DNA of 64,000 bases from an uncultured Flavobacteriales bacterium (GCA_903825395.1 CAIKAF010000005.1:82755-146754); one strand, 5' to 3'; shown: positions 18,595 to 29,867, numbered from the stretch's first letter. A program made the numbers and translations. Notes: generated by a model not told the origin, from the sequence alone.

Positions 18595-19962
18595 TTAATA
18601 ATGGCACTTGGAACATTCCAGTCCGCCAATTTTTTCAACGGTGAAGGCCTGCCCTTCGCGCATTTCGTATTCGCCTTTGTGCTCTTTATAGTATTGATGC
18701 AGGCGCTCGTAATAGCCGTTGGTGGCATATTGCACTTCGGTTTCCCGGTGGCAATTGATGCACCAGCCCATCGTCAATGGACTGTGCTGATACACTTCTT
18801 CCATTTCACCCACCTCGCCATGGCAGGTGGTGCATTCCACCTTACCCACTTTCACGTGTTGAGCGTGGTTAAAATAGGCATGGTCGGGCAGTTTATGGAT
18901 TTGTACCCATTCGATGTTCGACTGAATAAACGGCTCAACAGCGGCGGCCGCCTTTTCATCGCCCAAATAACTTCCATAGAAAGAGGCCAGTTCCTCTTTA
19001 TCCATCTTGGCGTAGTCTTTGAAGTATTCGTTCTTCTCCGGATTCCAACCTACGGCAGCATAAATCTTAGTGATTTCGTTTTTGCCATACTGAGGCCCTT
19101 CTTGCACCGCCTTGTGGCAATTCATACACACGTTGGCGGATGGAATGTTGGCGTGCCTTGACTTTTCAACGGTAGAGTGGCAGTATTGGCATTCAATTTT
19201 ATTTTGACCTACGTGCAATTTGTGTGAGAAGGCAATGGGTTGCTTGGGCTGATACCCCTCATACACTCCAATGGTATTTAAGGCTACAAAACCTTTGTAC
19301 GAAAGCGCTCCAACAAGAACGATGGCAATCACTGCCGTAATCCGTTTGTTTTTGGCCATCCAAGCCACGGTTTTTCCAACCACATTGATGCTTTCTTCTT
19401 GGATGGGCTCTTCGCCGGCCTTTTCGCGGCGCACATTTTCTAGGGCTTTAGAAACACTGTTCAGCGAGCGAGCCAAAATCAACAACACAACGGCCACACC
19501 TATCAGAATGTAGGTCAGAAGCGTATTGTCTCCGCCTCCGGTTTGACCGCCTTCTGCAGCGGCAGCGCCGTCGGTACTTGCCGTGGCGGGAGCTGCTTCT
19601 TCTCCTGGATCAGCGATGTAGGCTAAAATCGATTTAATTTCATCGTCCGACAATTGGAAGGCGGGCATCACAGACCCGTTGTATTCTTCGAACAACTTGG
19701 TAGCGTAGGAATCTCCGGTTTTCAGGTAATCCGATGAATTGCGAATCCAGGCCAATAAATTGCCTTCATCGCTCCAGCGGTCCTGTACTCCGGCCAAACC
19801 TGGCCCTACAAATCGTTTGTCGGTAACGTAGTGGCAGCGGGCGCAATTGGCTTTAAACAATTGCTTTCCTTGCTCTGCACTGACTTCGGCCCGCATATAA
19901 CTTGGTAGGGCAAGGATAAGTCCTACCAAAACAAGCCGGGCGTGGCGTAAAACATTCCTCAT
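18595..19962 (-). CDS. actA: Alternative complex III subunit A, multiheme cytochrome c (1+5 CxxCH)
   Basis: CARCH, CQYCH, CMNCH, CTTCH, CINCH and CSKCH; start set at ATG 19962 because a -7 box overlaps the ORF-track start. Confidence 0.93.
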   Translation of the reverse strand: MRNVLRHARLVLVGLILALPSYMRAEVSAEQGKQLFKANCARCHYVTDKRFVGPGLAGVQDRWSDEGNLLAWIRNSSDYLKTGDSYATKLFEEYNGSVMPAFQLSDDEIKSILAYIADPGEEAAPATASTDGAAAAEGGQTGGGDNTLLTYILIGVAVVLLILARSLNSVSKALENVRREKAGEEPIQEESINVVGKTVAWMAKNKRITAVIAIVLVGALSYKGFVALNTIGVYEGYQPKQPIAFSHKLHVGQNKIECQYCHSTVEKSRHANIPSANVCMNCHKAVQEGPQYGKNEITKIYAAVGWNPEKNEYFKDYAKMDKEELASFYGSYLGDEKAAAAVEPFIQSNIEWVQIHKLPDHAYFNHAQHVKVGKVECTTCHGEVGEMEEVYQHSPLTMGWCINCHRETEVQYATNGYYERLHQYYKEHKGEYEMREGQAFTVEKIGGLECSKCHY

Positions 19963-20013
19963 AGGAGTCGTGTATTGCTCTTTGTTAAAAAACCCTATTC
20001 TCTCAAGGTGGCA

Positions 20014-20021
20014 CAAATTTA
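20014..20021 (-). promoter_or_regulatory. -7 promoter element of the act-cox operon
   Basis: Minus strand reads TAAATTTG (TAnnTTTG), about 50 nt upstream of the actA ATG. Confidence 0.65.
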
Positions 20022-20247
20022 ATCGAATTCGGATTTTCTAGGGCCTATTTCCTGCTTTTTTTATCCATTTCTTTTGATTGGAATTGTTCTAAATAAGAAC
20101 AGGGGGGCGGAAATTCGCGCAAAAACCTCTGAATATTAAAGGCTTACCTTCAAACGGAGGCAGCTGAATAGGGACGATTTTTTCTACCTATTCTTAGGTA
20201 TTGGCATGCCTAGATTTGGGGGTTGAGGGGGAATTGTATGGATTTTG

Positions 20248-20390
20248 GGGGCGGCTGCGGGCTTTCTCAGCTAGTCGGCGGTTGGCGGAAGGCTGCCCCA
20301 GCGGGCTTGCGGTGGCTCCTAAAGTCGCCTCCGCGCCACGCGGGGCAGGCTCCGCCACCCTGCCGAGCTAGCTTGTTCAATCCCTGCCGC
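20248..20390 (+). repeat. Family B hairpin repeat, copy 3
   Basis: GGGCTTTC...GCGGTGGCTCCTAAAGTCGCCTCCGC...TTCAATCCCTGCCGC. Confidence 0.9.
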
Positions 20391-20410
20391 GGGCGTGGTG
20401 GAATCCACCT

Positions 20411-21121
20411 TTAGGTTGTTTTTTGATAAATCCCAATCAGGGATTTCCCAACTTGATTGAAGGTCAAGACGTCGGTAATTTTGGACAAGGGGATCAGGCC
20501 TTTATCCCAAAATTTAATGTTGGACTCGGTCGGGGTAGATTGCTTTAAAACGTATCGATTGGCCAGAGAAGCAAAAAAACCCATTGAATCCAGATAAAAC
20601 TCTTTCCTTCGAGTCATTCCTGTTGGAATTTCGCGCCTTAAGGCTTCACGATTGTACCTACGAAAATGCCCGATTTTCCGATCAAATTCACTGAAAAGAA
20701 AGGCGTACGCCGGTACCAATACAATTAAAAATCCCCCAGGTTTTAGTGCCTCTCTTGCGCGAATTAATTCTGCCGCAGCATCTTCAATGTGCTCGATAAC
20801 ATCAATGTACAATATGCTGTCGTAGCGGCCAGATACATCTGCGATAGTTCCCGTAACCACACTCAGGTCTCCTTCAAAATTAAGACCTTGTATGGAAATT
20901 TGAGCGGTCTGATTGGGGTCTGGCTCCAACAGGGTTATGCTTTTAATTCCTCGTCCCGCCCTCAAAATAAATTCCGTGTTTACTCCTATGCCAGCCCCAA
21001 CCTCTAAAACGTCGCCGCTTATGCATTCACCTATTTTTGACGAAAAGTAGGCTTTCCAATTCCTAGCGCTTTTGAACAACCCAAGTTCATTCCCTACATA
21101 TGGGATTTCAGTTGCATTCAT
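20411..21121 (-). CDS. Class I SAM-dependent methyltransferase
   Basis: VLEVGAGIG, DVIEHIED, LKPGG and GHFRRY motifs. Confidence 0.9.
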   Translation of the reverse strand: MNATEIPYVGNELGLFKSARNWKAYFSSKIGECISGDVLEVGAGIGVNTEFILRAGRGIKSITLLEPDPNQTAQISIQGLNFEGDLSVVTGTIADVSGRYDSILYIDVIEHIEDAAAELIRAREALKPGGFLIVLVPAYAFLFSEFDRKIGHFRRYNREALRREIPTGMTRRKEFYLDSMGFFASLANRYVLKQSTPTESNIKFWDKGLIPLSKITDVLTFNQVGKSLIGIYQKTT

Positions 21122-21164
21122 TGCTTCGAATAAAAGCCCAGATTGTCAATTGACTTTAGGTTCA

Positions 21165-21950
21165 TCACTGATACCTCAACTCCATATCAATGGGCAGCAA
21201 ATCTCCCGGATCCAATTCGTTCAAATCTGCCAAGGCCTGGGCATCCATACCAAACTGCCTGGCCAAGCGAATCAAATCGTCGCCCGGCATCACCCGGTAA
21301 AACTTTTCGCCATTCTTCACTTTTAGCACCTGGTTCTTTCTGTACAATTCCGCCACTTCAAATCGAACCTGACCGGACTCAAAATCAATCACCAAAGAGG
21401 GATCCATGGGCAATCCCAAGTAACGCACCTCAAAATGCAGGTGAGAACCAAAAGACCTTCCAGTATTGCCTCCCAGACCCAACCAAGTTCCCGCTTGCAG
21501 GTAATCGCCCGGCTTCACGCCCAAATAATCCAAATGAGCATAATAGGTTTCCAATCCGTTGCTGTGCCTCAATACCACCAAATTGCCATAGGATGAATTG
21601 TAGCCGGCATACCGAACCATTCCCTCGAACGCAGCCACCACCGTATCGCCCGTATTCAAGTCCAAATCAATGCCGTAATGCATCCGGCGCCAACGCCGAC
21701 CAAATCCGCTGGTTACGGCACCTTGCACCGGCGAATGAAAATCGCAAGACGCCCGCATCAAGGCCACCGGAGACAATTGACCCTCGGCTAAAGTTGGTCC
21801 GCTGTAGTGGATTTCTTCCGGATTCCAATCCAGATACAAGTGGCTGGCTGGCACCTTTTTCTCCTCCGCCGGCGGACCAGCAGGAGGTTCCCCCGCCCAC
21901 ATGTGCAGCGGAAACAGAAGAAGTCCAATAAATTGTACAGCCTTTTGCAT
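21165..21950 (-). CDS. M23 family peptidase with C-terminal LysM
   Basis: HYGID, YYAHL, GNTGRSFGSHLHFE; LysM YRVMPGDDL; ATG 21950 follows a TACCTTTG box at 21957-21964. Confidence 0.9.
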   Translation of the reverse strand: MQKAVQFIGLLLFPLHMWAGEPPAGPPAEEKKVPASHLYLDWNPEEIHYSGPTLAEGQLSPVALMRASCDFHSPVQGAVTSGFGRRWRRMHYGIDLDLNTGDTVVAAFEGMVRYAGYNSSYGNLVVLRHSNGLETYYAHLDYLGVKPGDYLQAGTWLGLGGNTGRSFGSHLHFEVRYLGLPMDPSLVIDFESGQVRFEVAELYRKNQVLKVKNGEKFYRVMPGDDLIRLARQFGMDAQALADLNELDPGDLLPIDMELRYQ

Positions 21951-21967
21951 GGGGGGCAAAGGTAAAA

Positions 21968-23110
21968 TTAATCTTTCAGTTCGTTGCGAGAAATAACTAA
22001 TTTTTGGATTTCAGAGGTGCCTTCGCCGATGGTACACAGCTTAGAATCCCGGTAAAATTTCTCGACCGGGAAGTCTTTGGTGTACCCATAACCCCCAAAA
22101 ATCTGAATGGCATCGGTAGCCACTTTTACGCAAACCTCCGAAGCGTAATACTTGGCCATGGCCGAAGTCGTAGTGACTGGCAGGCCTTTGTTTTTAAGGT
22201 CGGCAGCCTTTAAGGTCAATAGCTCTGCCGCTTCAATCTCGGTTGCCATATCGGCCAACTTAAACGAAATGGCCTGAAAATTAGCAATGGGCTGCCCAAA
22301 CTGTTCCCGTTCTTTGGCATATTTAATGGAAGCCTCAAAGGCTCCTTTGGCAATGCCAAGGGAAAGGGCCGCGATGGAAATCCGGCCGCCGTCCAAAATT
22401 TTCATGGCCTGCCGAAAGCCTTGGCCAACCTCTCCCAAAATCTGGCTTTTATGCACCCGGCAATTCTCGAAAATCAGTTCGGCCGTTTCAGAACTGCGCA
22501 TACCCAACTTGTTCTCTTTTTTTCCTCCGGAAAAACCGGGTGTTCCTCGTTCAACAACAAAAGCTGTGATTCCATCGGAATCCAGCAATTCGCCGGTACG
22601 CACCAACACCACCGCCACATCGCCAGAAATGCCATGGGTAATCCAATTTTTGGTGCCATTGATTACCCAATATTCTCCATCTTGAACCGCAGTGCAGCGC
22701 ATGCGCATGGCATCCGATCCGGTATTGGCTTCGGTTAGACCCCAAGCGCCAATCCATTCGGCCGTAGCCAACTTAGGAAGGTATTTTTGTTTTTGTTCTT
22801 CGTTGCCGAACATCATAATATGTCCTGTGCACAATGAATTGTGGGCGGCCATCGATAGTCCTACCGAACCGCAGACCTTCGCCAATTCCACAATGGCTGT
22901 GACATATTCTTCATAGCCCAGTCCGGCTCCGCCGTAAGATTCAGGCACCAGCACTCCCATTAGGCCCAATTCGCCCATTTTCTTAAAGGTTTCAAGGGGA
23001 AAATGTTGAGCTTCATCCCATTCCATTACGTAGGGACGGACTTCTTTTTCGGCAAAATCGCGCACCATTTGGGCGATCATGGCTTGGTTTTCGCTGGGAC
23101 TAAAATTCAT
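21968..23110 (-). CDS. Acyl-CoA dehydrogenase
   Basis: [29 protein letters not shown] and IGEGTSEIQ motifs. Confidence 0.96.
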   Translation of the reverse strand: MNFSPSENQAMIAQMVRDFAEKEVRPYVMEWDEAQHFPLETFKKMGELGLMGVLVPESYGGAGLGYEEYVTAIVELAKVCGSVGLSMAAHNSLCTGHIMMFGNEEQKQKYLPKLATAEWIGAWGLTEANTGSDAMRMRCTAVQDGEYWVINGTKNWITHGISGDVAVVLVRTGELLDSDGITAFVVERGTPGFSGGKKENKLGMRSSETAELIFENCRVHKSQILGEVGQGFRQAMKILDGGRISIAALSLGIAKGAFEASIKYAKEREQFGQPIANFQAISFKLADMATEIEAAELLTLKAADLKNKGLPVTTTSAMAKYYASEVCVKVATDAIQIFGGYGYTKDFPVEKFYRDSKLCTIGEGTSEIQKLVISRNELKD

Positions 23111-23199
23111 ACTGTTCGGGTGTTATTGTCGGTTTCCTGACCGCGCGAAGTTAGTATTTTTTGAGTAGAATAAACGGAGCTGAAGCGGGATTGTTTAGC

Positions 23200-24048
23200 C
23201 TATTTAACATAGGTTTTAAGCCAGCGAATTTCTTCCGTATTCAATCCCAGTTCTCTACAGATGGTTTCTGAGGGCATTTTTTCGCCGGTTTCATTTCGCC
23301 ATTTCAGCAACCGCACCTGTTGCCTGCGCTTTAAAAACCAGATTTGCTCCAATTCAGGATACCAAATGTAGGCAAAGGCTCTTGGGCTGGGCGAAGGCAA
23401 ATGAGGAATATACTTTTGAATGCCGGCCAGGCGCAGGGAATCCATGCCGGGCAAGCGAAGCCATTCCGACCAATCTGCCCAGCCGCCCCAGATGCGCAGG
23501 TGATTCAAAATCTTCCGAGCGCTTGCGGGGCCCAGTCCGGGGACCTTCAGCAAATCCAGAGAATCGGCAGAGCGTAAATCCAGGACTTGAATGGGGCGAA
23601 GTGGCATCGCTGTCCGCGTTTCCTCCTTCATTTCCCATTGATTTTGATTTGGAAAGCGCAGGCGGATTTTCAGTTCCCGCTTCAAGGATTCGGGAAGTAC
23701 CGCCAGCTTTTCTAGTTTTTCTGCGGTATTTAGCCAGCCTTGTTCTTGCCATCGATGGGCGAGTGCGGCTTGGGCGGGGGAGAGCCCCATGCTCTGCCAG
23801 TCCTGCAAGCTCAGGGATTGAATATCCGTTCCCATTTCCGGGAATTGAACAAGCCCAGACCTGGAATTCCATGGTTTCCGATGTACCTCTGCCGTCCATT
23901 CCCAACCGGGCGGCAGGGCCTCTAGGGTATAGCTCAGCTTCGGCGGTGGCTCGGCGGAACGAAACAGAAAAGGACTTATGCCCCGCAACACGAGGAAAAG
24001 CAGTAGGGCACCGAGGGCGGGGGCCAAATCTGATTTCAACATATTCAT
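23200..24048 (-). CDS. ComEA-like helix-hairpin-helix protein (divergent)
   Basis: N-terminal TM segment; WQSMGLSPAQA and LDLRSADSLDLLKVPGLGPASARKI HhH motifs. Confidence 0.75.
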   Translation of the reverse strand: MNMLKSDLAPALGALLLFLVLRGISPFLFRSAEPPPKLSYTLEALPPGWEWTAEVHRKPWNSRSGLVQFPEMGTDIQSLSLQDWQSMGLSPAQAALAHRWQEQGWLNTAEKLEKLAVLPESLKRELKIRLRFPNQNQWEMKEETRTAMPLRPIQVLDLRSADSLDLLKVPGLGPASARKILNHLRIWGGWADWSEWLRLPGMDSLRLAGIQKYIPHLPSPSPRAFAYIWYPELEQIWFLKRRQQVRLLKWRNETGEKMPSETICRELGLNTEEIRWLKTYVK

Positions 24049-24173
24049 GAGGCAAAGTTCGGGGAAGAAAGAAAATTAGTCGTTTGGTAAACGGATAATT
24101 GAGTGAGATGGCCCTACTGCAAGGGATTGAGCCGCAGCTGAATTGTCAGAAAAGTGTTGGGCTATAGGACATT

Positions 24174-24315
24174 GCGGGAGGGATTGACGGAGCTAGCCCA
24201 CAGGCTCGGGGCGGCAGGCAGTGCGCGCGCCAAAGAGCGACCTTGGGAGCTACTTTGGTGCCGCTGCTGCCCCGCTCCAAGCCGAGGACTAGCTCGGAAA
24301 GCCCGTTTCCCGCCC
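24174..24315 (-). repeat. Family B hairpin repeat, copy 4 (diverged, with compensatory changes)
   Basis: Reverse complement GCGGGA...GGGCTTTCC GAGCTAG...GCTCCCAAGGTCGC...CTAGCTC...TCAATCCC TCCCGC. Confidence 0.85.
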
Positions 24316-24370
24316 AAAAAATCCAAAAAACAAGACAGAAACCATCTGCATTTTGGGGTATATTTGAGCT

Positions 24371-24997
24371 GTGAAGGATTTTCGGCCTGTATTTGAGCGT
24401 GGATTGCGGCCCTATGTGCCGCCGGCTGCGCTGCCTGTGCTGTTGGAGTGGTTTGGTGCCGGTCAGTTGCAATTGAAAATAACGCGGCCGCGCAACAGTA
24501 AGTTGGGCGATTATCGGCCGGCGCAGCCCAAACTGGGCTTAGTGGCGCCCCGCATCAGCATCAATGGGAACCTGAATGCCTATTCGTTTTTGGTGACGCT
24601 GACGCATGAATATGCGCACCATTTGATTTGGGAAAAATATGGGGCGAAAGCGCGGGCCCACGGGCCGGAATGGCAGCAGGCCTTCCGCGATTTAATCAAT
24701 TTGTTTTTGGGCAGTGGTGTTTTTCCGAATGAGATTGAAAATCAACTGGTTATGTCTATGGCCCGGGCCAAGGCCAGCACCTGTGCCGACCCGGATTTGT
24801 ACAAGGCCTTGCGGAACTACGATGCGACGCCTGTTTTACACTTGGAGGATTTGCCGGAGGGCAGCAGCTTTGAATTGGCCAATGGGCGCGCGTTCAAAAA
24901 GGGGCCGCTGCGCCGCAATCGGTTTTTGTGCAAGGAGTTGAAAACGGGACTGGAGTATAGTGTGGCGGGGTTGGCGGCGGTTAGGTTGTTGGGGTAG
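24371..24997 (+). CDS. SprT-like zinc metalloprotease domain protein
   Basis: SKLGDYRP, TLTHEYAH (HExxH) and HGPEW; TATATTTG box at 24359-24366. Confidence 0.9.
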   Translation: MKDFRPVFERGLRPYVPPAALPVLLEWFGAGQLQLKITRPRNSKLGDYRPAQPKLGLVAPRISINGNLNAYSFLVTLTHEYAHHLIWEKYGAKARAHGPEWQQAFRDLINLFLGSGVFPNEIENQLVMSMARAKASTCADPDLYKALRNYDATPVLHLEDLPEGSSFELANGRAFKKGPLRRNRFLCKELKTGLEYSVAGLAAVRLLG

Positions 24998-25165
24998 AAA
25001 CAAAGCCACAATTGTTGATTTATTATTGAACCACGTATAAATTCAATTCGGCTTACAATTTACTACATGGGCCAGGCTGGATTACATTCTCTTACATTCC
25101 TTGAAGCCTATTAAATCTTTGGAGTCGTGCGAAAACAGTACATTTAGCCTCCAATAATTTAAAGT

Positions 25166-27058
25166 ATGGAGCCTTTTTTCCTTCGTTTTAAAAACGCTAT
25201 TTCAAGGCAGCCAACGGTAATGCTGATTTGGTTAATTAGCATATTGGTTTTGATTCCAAAGGGGGTTTTTTCCGCTGAGGGGATTGGGCTTGATCCTTCC
25301 TGGGGTATTGGATTGAATTTAATTAAAAATATTGATTTGATTTGGGGGGAAGATGTTGTTTTTACGTATGGGCCTTTAGGGTATTTAATTACGCAACTGC
25401 CGGTTTTTCAAAATAAAATTTTCATCGTTTTATTTTTTTCATTGAGAATCGGGATTGCCTCGTATGTTCTATTGTATATTTTTAAGGGCTTGCCATCTAA
25501 AATAGGTGCATTTTTAATTTTTCCCCTTTTGCTTTTGACGGGAGATTTTTTTTTCTGGTCAGATTCGATAACCACATTCTACCTTTTTTCATTCTGTATT
25601 TTTCATCATTATAAACACTCTAGCAAAATATTCTTGCCAATCGCGGGGGTTTTTGCTCTGGTGTCCTTTTTCGCAAAAGCAAATACGGGTTTAATTTGCG
25701 GGGGGACATTTCTTTTTTATTTAGGATATTTAACTGTCCTGAAAAGGTTGCGTTTCCTTTCCTTTATTCTTTCCGTTATTGGATATGTGGTCGCCACTTA
25801 TTTTCTAGGCCTCGCCATCAACGTAAATTTACTGGACTACATAATAAACAGTTTGCATATTATAAATGGCTACAATGAGGCAATGGCAATCCCTATTTCG
25901 AGCTTATTTCATCCCATGTTGGCCGTCCTATTTATGTTTTTAATTTTAGTTGCCGTAATTCTTGGATGGGTCAAGGAACGTGCTAATGTTTACTCCATCT
26001 TGTTCTTTTTATTCATGGCCTTTTCTCTTTTTCTATTGTTTAAGCAATCCTTTGTCCGAGCCGACGACCATATTTCCGTATTTTTCTATGCCTTTCCCTA
26101 TTATTTATTGTTCGGTTATTTGTTTTGCAACCATGATTTTTCCAAGAAAATCCTTTGGACGTTTTTCCCTTTTGTCGTTTTATTTTCCATCCATGCTCTT
26201 TCGCTGGACCCCGGCAGTACTATCGAACGGTTAATTGGGTCAAGGGTATTTAAAAGCGGCTCGGCGATTGAAGCGAGTGGAAAGGATTTGCGGCTACTTC
26301 CAGCGCACATTTTAAAACGAATTGGAAAGCAGGGCGTTGATGTGGTGGGATCGGAAATCTCGATTGTTCACTACAATAATTTAAACTACAATCCCAGGCC
26401 GGTATTTCAATCTTATTCAGCCTATAATTAACCCCTTGCACAATTAAATGCTGCGGCATATAACAGCGCCAAGGGACCCGAGGTAGTATTGTTTCATTTT
26501 GGCAGCATAGACCGAAGGCATCCCTTTTGGGATGAACCCTTGTTATTGAAAACGCTGCAATCGCATTATGAAGTGGTAGATAGCTTTCGAATTTCGAATA
26601 CAAATGGACCTGCTTGGGCGGATTTAGGGCCGATTCTTTATTTTCAAAAACGAAAGCGACCACTAAAACCATTGGAACCCCTGATTTTAGATACCAACAT
26701 TTCCCTGAATTCCACTTTTCATTTGCCGGCCTTTGAAGGTTCTGCATTTGCAGAAATCCATTTAAGTCCATCCGTTATGGGTAAAGTCAGAAAAACGTTG
26801 TTCCAACCATCCTTGCCTGAAATTGAGATGATTTATGCTGATGGAAAGGTTTCGAAATTTGTTTTAATACCCGGCATTGCAAAATTGGGTGTGCCGATTC
26901 ACACCAAGTTGGAAAATGTGGGAGATGCCATGCGTTTTTTTACTGGCGAACAGGCAGCGGGCGCGAATAAAACTCTTGCTTTTAAAATTACCGGACAAGC
27001 GAAATACATTAAACAGGAGGTGCGCGTCGTTTTACGCAGGTTTATTGTGCGAGAGTGA
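25166..27058 (+). pseudogene. Polytopic membrane protein (possibly GT-C-like) interrupted by one in-frame TAA at 26429-26431
   Basis: ORFs 25166-26431 and 26489-27058 share a frame; the joined sequence reads RPVFQSYSAYN*PLAQLNAAAY...SIDRRHPFWDEP; GLDPSW and FTYGPLG motifs near the N-terminus. Confidence 0.75.
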
Positions 27059-27063
27059 GACCA

Positions 27064-27789
27064 TTAAGTCTGTTTTTTCAGCAAGTATAATCGGCAGGAG
27101 GAGCCCAATTTTTTTGCCAGTGCCTGGCGAAAGGATATAGACCAAGAACTGGCACGAAGCATATAACCGGTGTAGAAAAGTCCCACAGGGCGACTTTCTT
27201 TAACTACAAATCCATGCCTGGCAAAGTTCTTATGCCAGAATGCTGAACTAAAAAAATACAGCTCTGTTATGATGTTTCCCCGTTCTCCATGCAGTTCCGG
27301 CCAAAAATGGCGGAACAAAGTACGCAGAACCAAACCCGGCCTGCGAATCAATGTAGAGCGGCTATACAAATGGTTGTTGCGCAATACCCCCAACGGGTGC
27401 ACCATGCTGGTCCAAAACCGCCAAGATGTAGTGGGTAAAATGTGCAGAACAAGGCCTCCGGGTTTGAGGACCCGCTGGATTTCGGCATGCATGCCGCTTA
27501 GATCGGCTACATGCTCCATTACATTTGAACTGAACACCACATCAAAATGGGCGTCAGGAAAGGGGATGTGCTGGCCGTCGTAGGGCAAAACCGGGAATTC
27601 CTGATGAACAAAGTATTCAGTACTTGGGATATCAATGGCAGAAACTGAAAAGCCTTGGTCGCTAAGTTGCTTGGCCTGCCAACCGGCGCCGGCACCCAGT
27701 TCAAGCAAATTGGCACCTTTGGGAAGATGGTCTATGGCCCTATTTAATTCAAAGTGGCGGATTTGCCGTAAAAAGGAAAAGTCAATCAT
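27064..27789 (-). CDS. Class I SAM-dependent methyltransferase (type 11-like)
   Basis: LLELGAGAG, PFPDAHFDVVFSSNVMEHV and RVLKPGG; ORF-track start 27828 also possible. Confidence 0.9.
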   Translation of the reverse strand: MIDFSFLRQIRHFELNRAIDHLPKGANLLELGAGAGWQAKQLSDQGFSVSAIDIPSTEYFVHQEFPVLPYDGQHIPFPDAHFDVVFSSNVMEHVADLSGMHAEIQRVLKPGGLVLHILPTTSWRFWTSMVHPLGVLRNNHLYSRSTLIRRPGLVLRTLFRHFWPELHGERGNIITELYFFSSAFWHKNFARHGFVVKESRPVGLFYTGYMLRASSWSISFRQALAKKLGSSCRLYLLKKQT

Positions 27790-27936
27790 AACTACAAAGG
27801 TCTGATTTTGATTGAATACGGGGAACATTCAACTTTTAAAAAAACGGTGACATTTTAAATTCACTTTTTTTTGCTGCATAAAAAATTGAAAAATAGACGT
27901 AGCTTAGCTGTGAATTTAAACTAAGAATTTATTCAA

Positions 27937-29826
27937 ATGTGCGGAATCGCAGGGGCGATAAATTTAATCTCCGAACAGGATGCCTTTCCTGAAAACAAGC
28001 TAAAAAAAATGGGGGATGCCCTTCAGCACAGAGGGCCTGACAGTGAAAATTATTTTCATGGTGACGGGGTTTCTTTGGTGCACCGCAGGCTGAGCATTAT
28101 TGATTTAAGCGGAGGAAACCAGCCCATTTTTAATGAAAACAAGTCGGTTTGCGTTATTTTAAATGGAGAAATTTACAACTATCGAGAGCTAAGAATGCAA
28201 CTTGAACGGCAAGGCCATTCTTTTTCTACTCAAACCGATACCGAGGTTTTGGTGCATTTGTACGAACAGCATGGCCCCGATTTCCTTCCGCTGTTGAACG
28301 GCATGTTTGCTTTTGCTTTGTACGATATTGAACAGCAAACGCTTCTATTGGCCAGAGACCGTTTTGGGGTAAAACCCCTTTTTTATACTAAAAATCAGGG
28401 GCGACTTCTATTCAGCAGTGAACTGCGGTCATTGCTATGTGGAATGGACTCTACCCCGGCCATAAATCCACAAGCGCTTTCAAACTATTTAATGTTGTCG
28501 TTCATTCCTGAACCGCACAGCATTTACCAGGGTATTTCACGCTTACCTGCGGGTTGCGCCATGCACGTTGGATTAGGTAAGGAACAGGTTTGGAAATTTG
28601 CCGACATCCATTTTGGCAGCAAGATTAAAATCACAAGGCAAGAAGCAGAAGAAGAGACGCTCCGGTTGTTTCAGCAGGCCGTAGAACGTCAATTGGTGGC
28701 CGATGTGCCGGTGAGCACCCTGCTTTCCTCCGGCCTGGACTCCAGGGCCATTTTAACGGCCATGATCAAAGGTGGAAATGCAACAACGGCCTTCACGCTG
28801 GGGTATGCGGAAAAAGAATTCGACGAAACCGCAGGTGCTGTATCTTGGGCAAAAGGCTATGGCGTTGACCACCGCATCCTATCGTTTTCTGAAACTGATT
28901 TTTTAGACTTGGTTGATGCCCGGACAACTGCGTATTCCGAGCCCTTTGGTTTTTTATGCGATGTAGGCTTTGTTCATTTGGCCAAGGCCGTCCGGCAAGG
29001 CGGCTTTAAAGTAACACTAAGTGGAGCGGGCGGAGATGAGTTGTTTGCCGGTTATCCGACCTTGAATGCCGCCATGGCCATGAAGGCCTATAGGTATTTG
29101 CCTAGATGGGCCACCCAAATCTTAATCAAAGCGGGAATTGCAGCCCTTCCTGCCGGAAATGGCCGCCTGCCTCTGCGCTTTCAGCTCGAGAGTTTCAACT
29201 CAGCCCAAAACCGAGATTTGGTTCGCGCCTTTTTACTCTTCAAACAGGTTGTTTCGCCCGCCCAAGCACAACGACTTTTTAAATCAGGCCCCCTTGAAAG
29301 CATGGTTTTGCCCGACCCAATTGAGGTTTACACACAATTCCAGGAAACCACGGCAGAATGGCACACAATAGATGCATTGAGTTACCTAGACCTAAAAGTC
29401 TTTTTGTCGGGCAACGTTCTTTTTTCGGGTGACCATGAATTTATGTCGGCCGGGGTAGAACAGCGCTTTCCCTTTTTGGACAACGATTTGGCGGCCTTTG
29501 CCGCATCCTTGCCCGTTGAAATCCGATTTTCGATGTTTTCGCTAAAACGGATTCTAAAAAATGCCTTGGAAACTTGGACTCAAAGGGACGGAATTCCTAT
29601 GCCAAAGTATAAAAAAATGGGCTTTGAGATTCCCGTTCAAACATGGATGAGGAAGGGGGCATTTGCCGAAAAAATTGATCAAGTGCTGTTGAAAAACCCG
29701 TTTTTAAATCGTGTTTTTTGCGAAGCATTATTGAAAGAAGAGCGGAGCGGTAAAAACAACCACGACCGTAAAATTCAAAACATCTACGCACTCGGGAGGT
29801 TTTTAACGGAGATGCGAATGCAATAA
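27937..29826 (+). CDS. asnB: Asparagine synthase (glutamine-hydrolysing)-type amidotransferase, probably glycan-modifying
   Basis: MCGIAG, HRGPD, RRLSIID, NGEIYN, LSSGLDS and SGAGGDELFAGY. Confidence 0.93.
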   Translation: MCGIAGAINLISEQDAFPENKLKKMGDALQHRGPDSENYFHGDGVSLVHRRLSIIDLSGGNQPIFNENKSVCVILNGEIYNYRELRMQLERQGHSFSTQTDTEVLVHLYEQHGPDFLPLLNGMFAFALYDIEQQTLLLARDRFGVKPLFYTKNQGRLLFSSELRSLLCGMDSTPAINPQALSNYLMLSFIPEPHSIYQGISRLPAGCAMHVGLGKEQVWKFADIHFGSKIKITRQEAEEETLRLFQQAVERQLVADVPVSTLLSSGLDSRAILTAMIKGGNATTAFTLGYAEKEFDETAGAVSWAKGYGVDHRILSFSETDFLDLVDARTTAYSEPFGFLCDVGFVHLAKAVRQGGFKVTLSGAGGDELFAGYPTLNAAMAMKAYRYLPRWATQILIKAGIAALPAGNGRLPLRFQLESFNSAQNRDLVRAFLLFKQVVSPAQAQRLFKSGPLESMVLPDPIEVYTQFQETTAEWHTIDALSYLDLKVFLSGNVLFSGDHEFMSAGVEQRFPFLDNDLAAFAASLPVEIRFSMFSLKRILKNALETWTQRDGIPMPKYKKMGFEIPVQTWMRKGAFAEKIDQVLLKNPFLNRVFCEALLKEERSGKNNHDRKIQNIYALGRFLTEMRMQ

Positions 29827-29867
29827 GGCGGCGAACAATTTGGGTTGCATTCCAAGGATTTAGGAGC

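Noticed and set aside
8330..19962. ACIII plus oxidase operon lacking subunit III as a novel system
   Set aside because: This act-ctaCD arrangement, the extra N-terminal heme domain of ActA and the lipidated ActB/ActE are established for Flavobacterium-type ACIII
26429..26431. Selenocysteine, pyrrolysine or alternative genetic code at the internal stop
   Set aside because: The codon is TAA, which terminates many ordinary genes in this window
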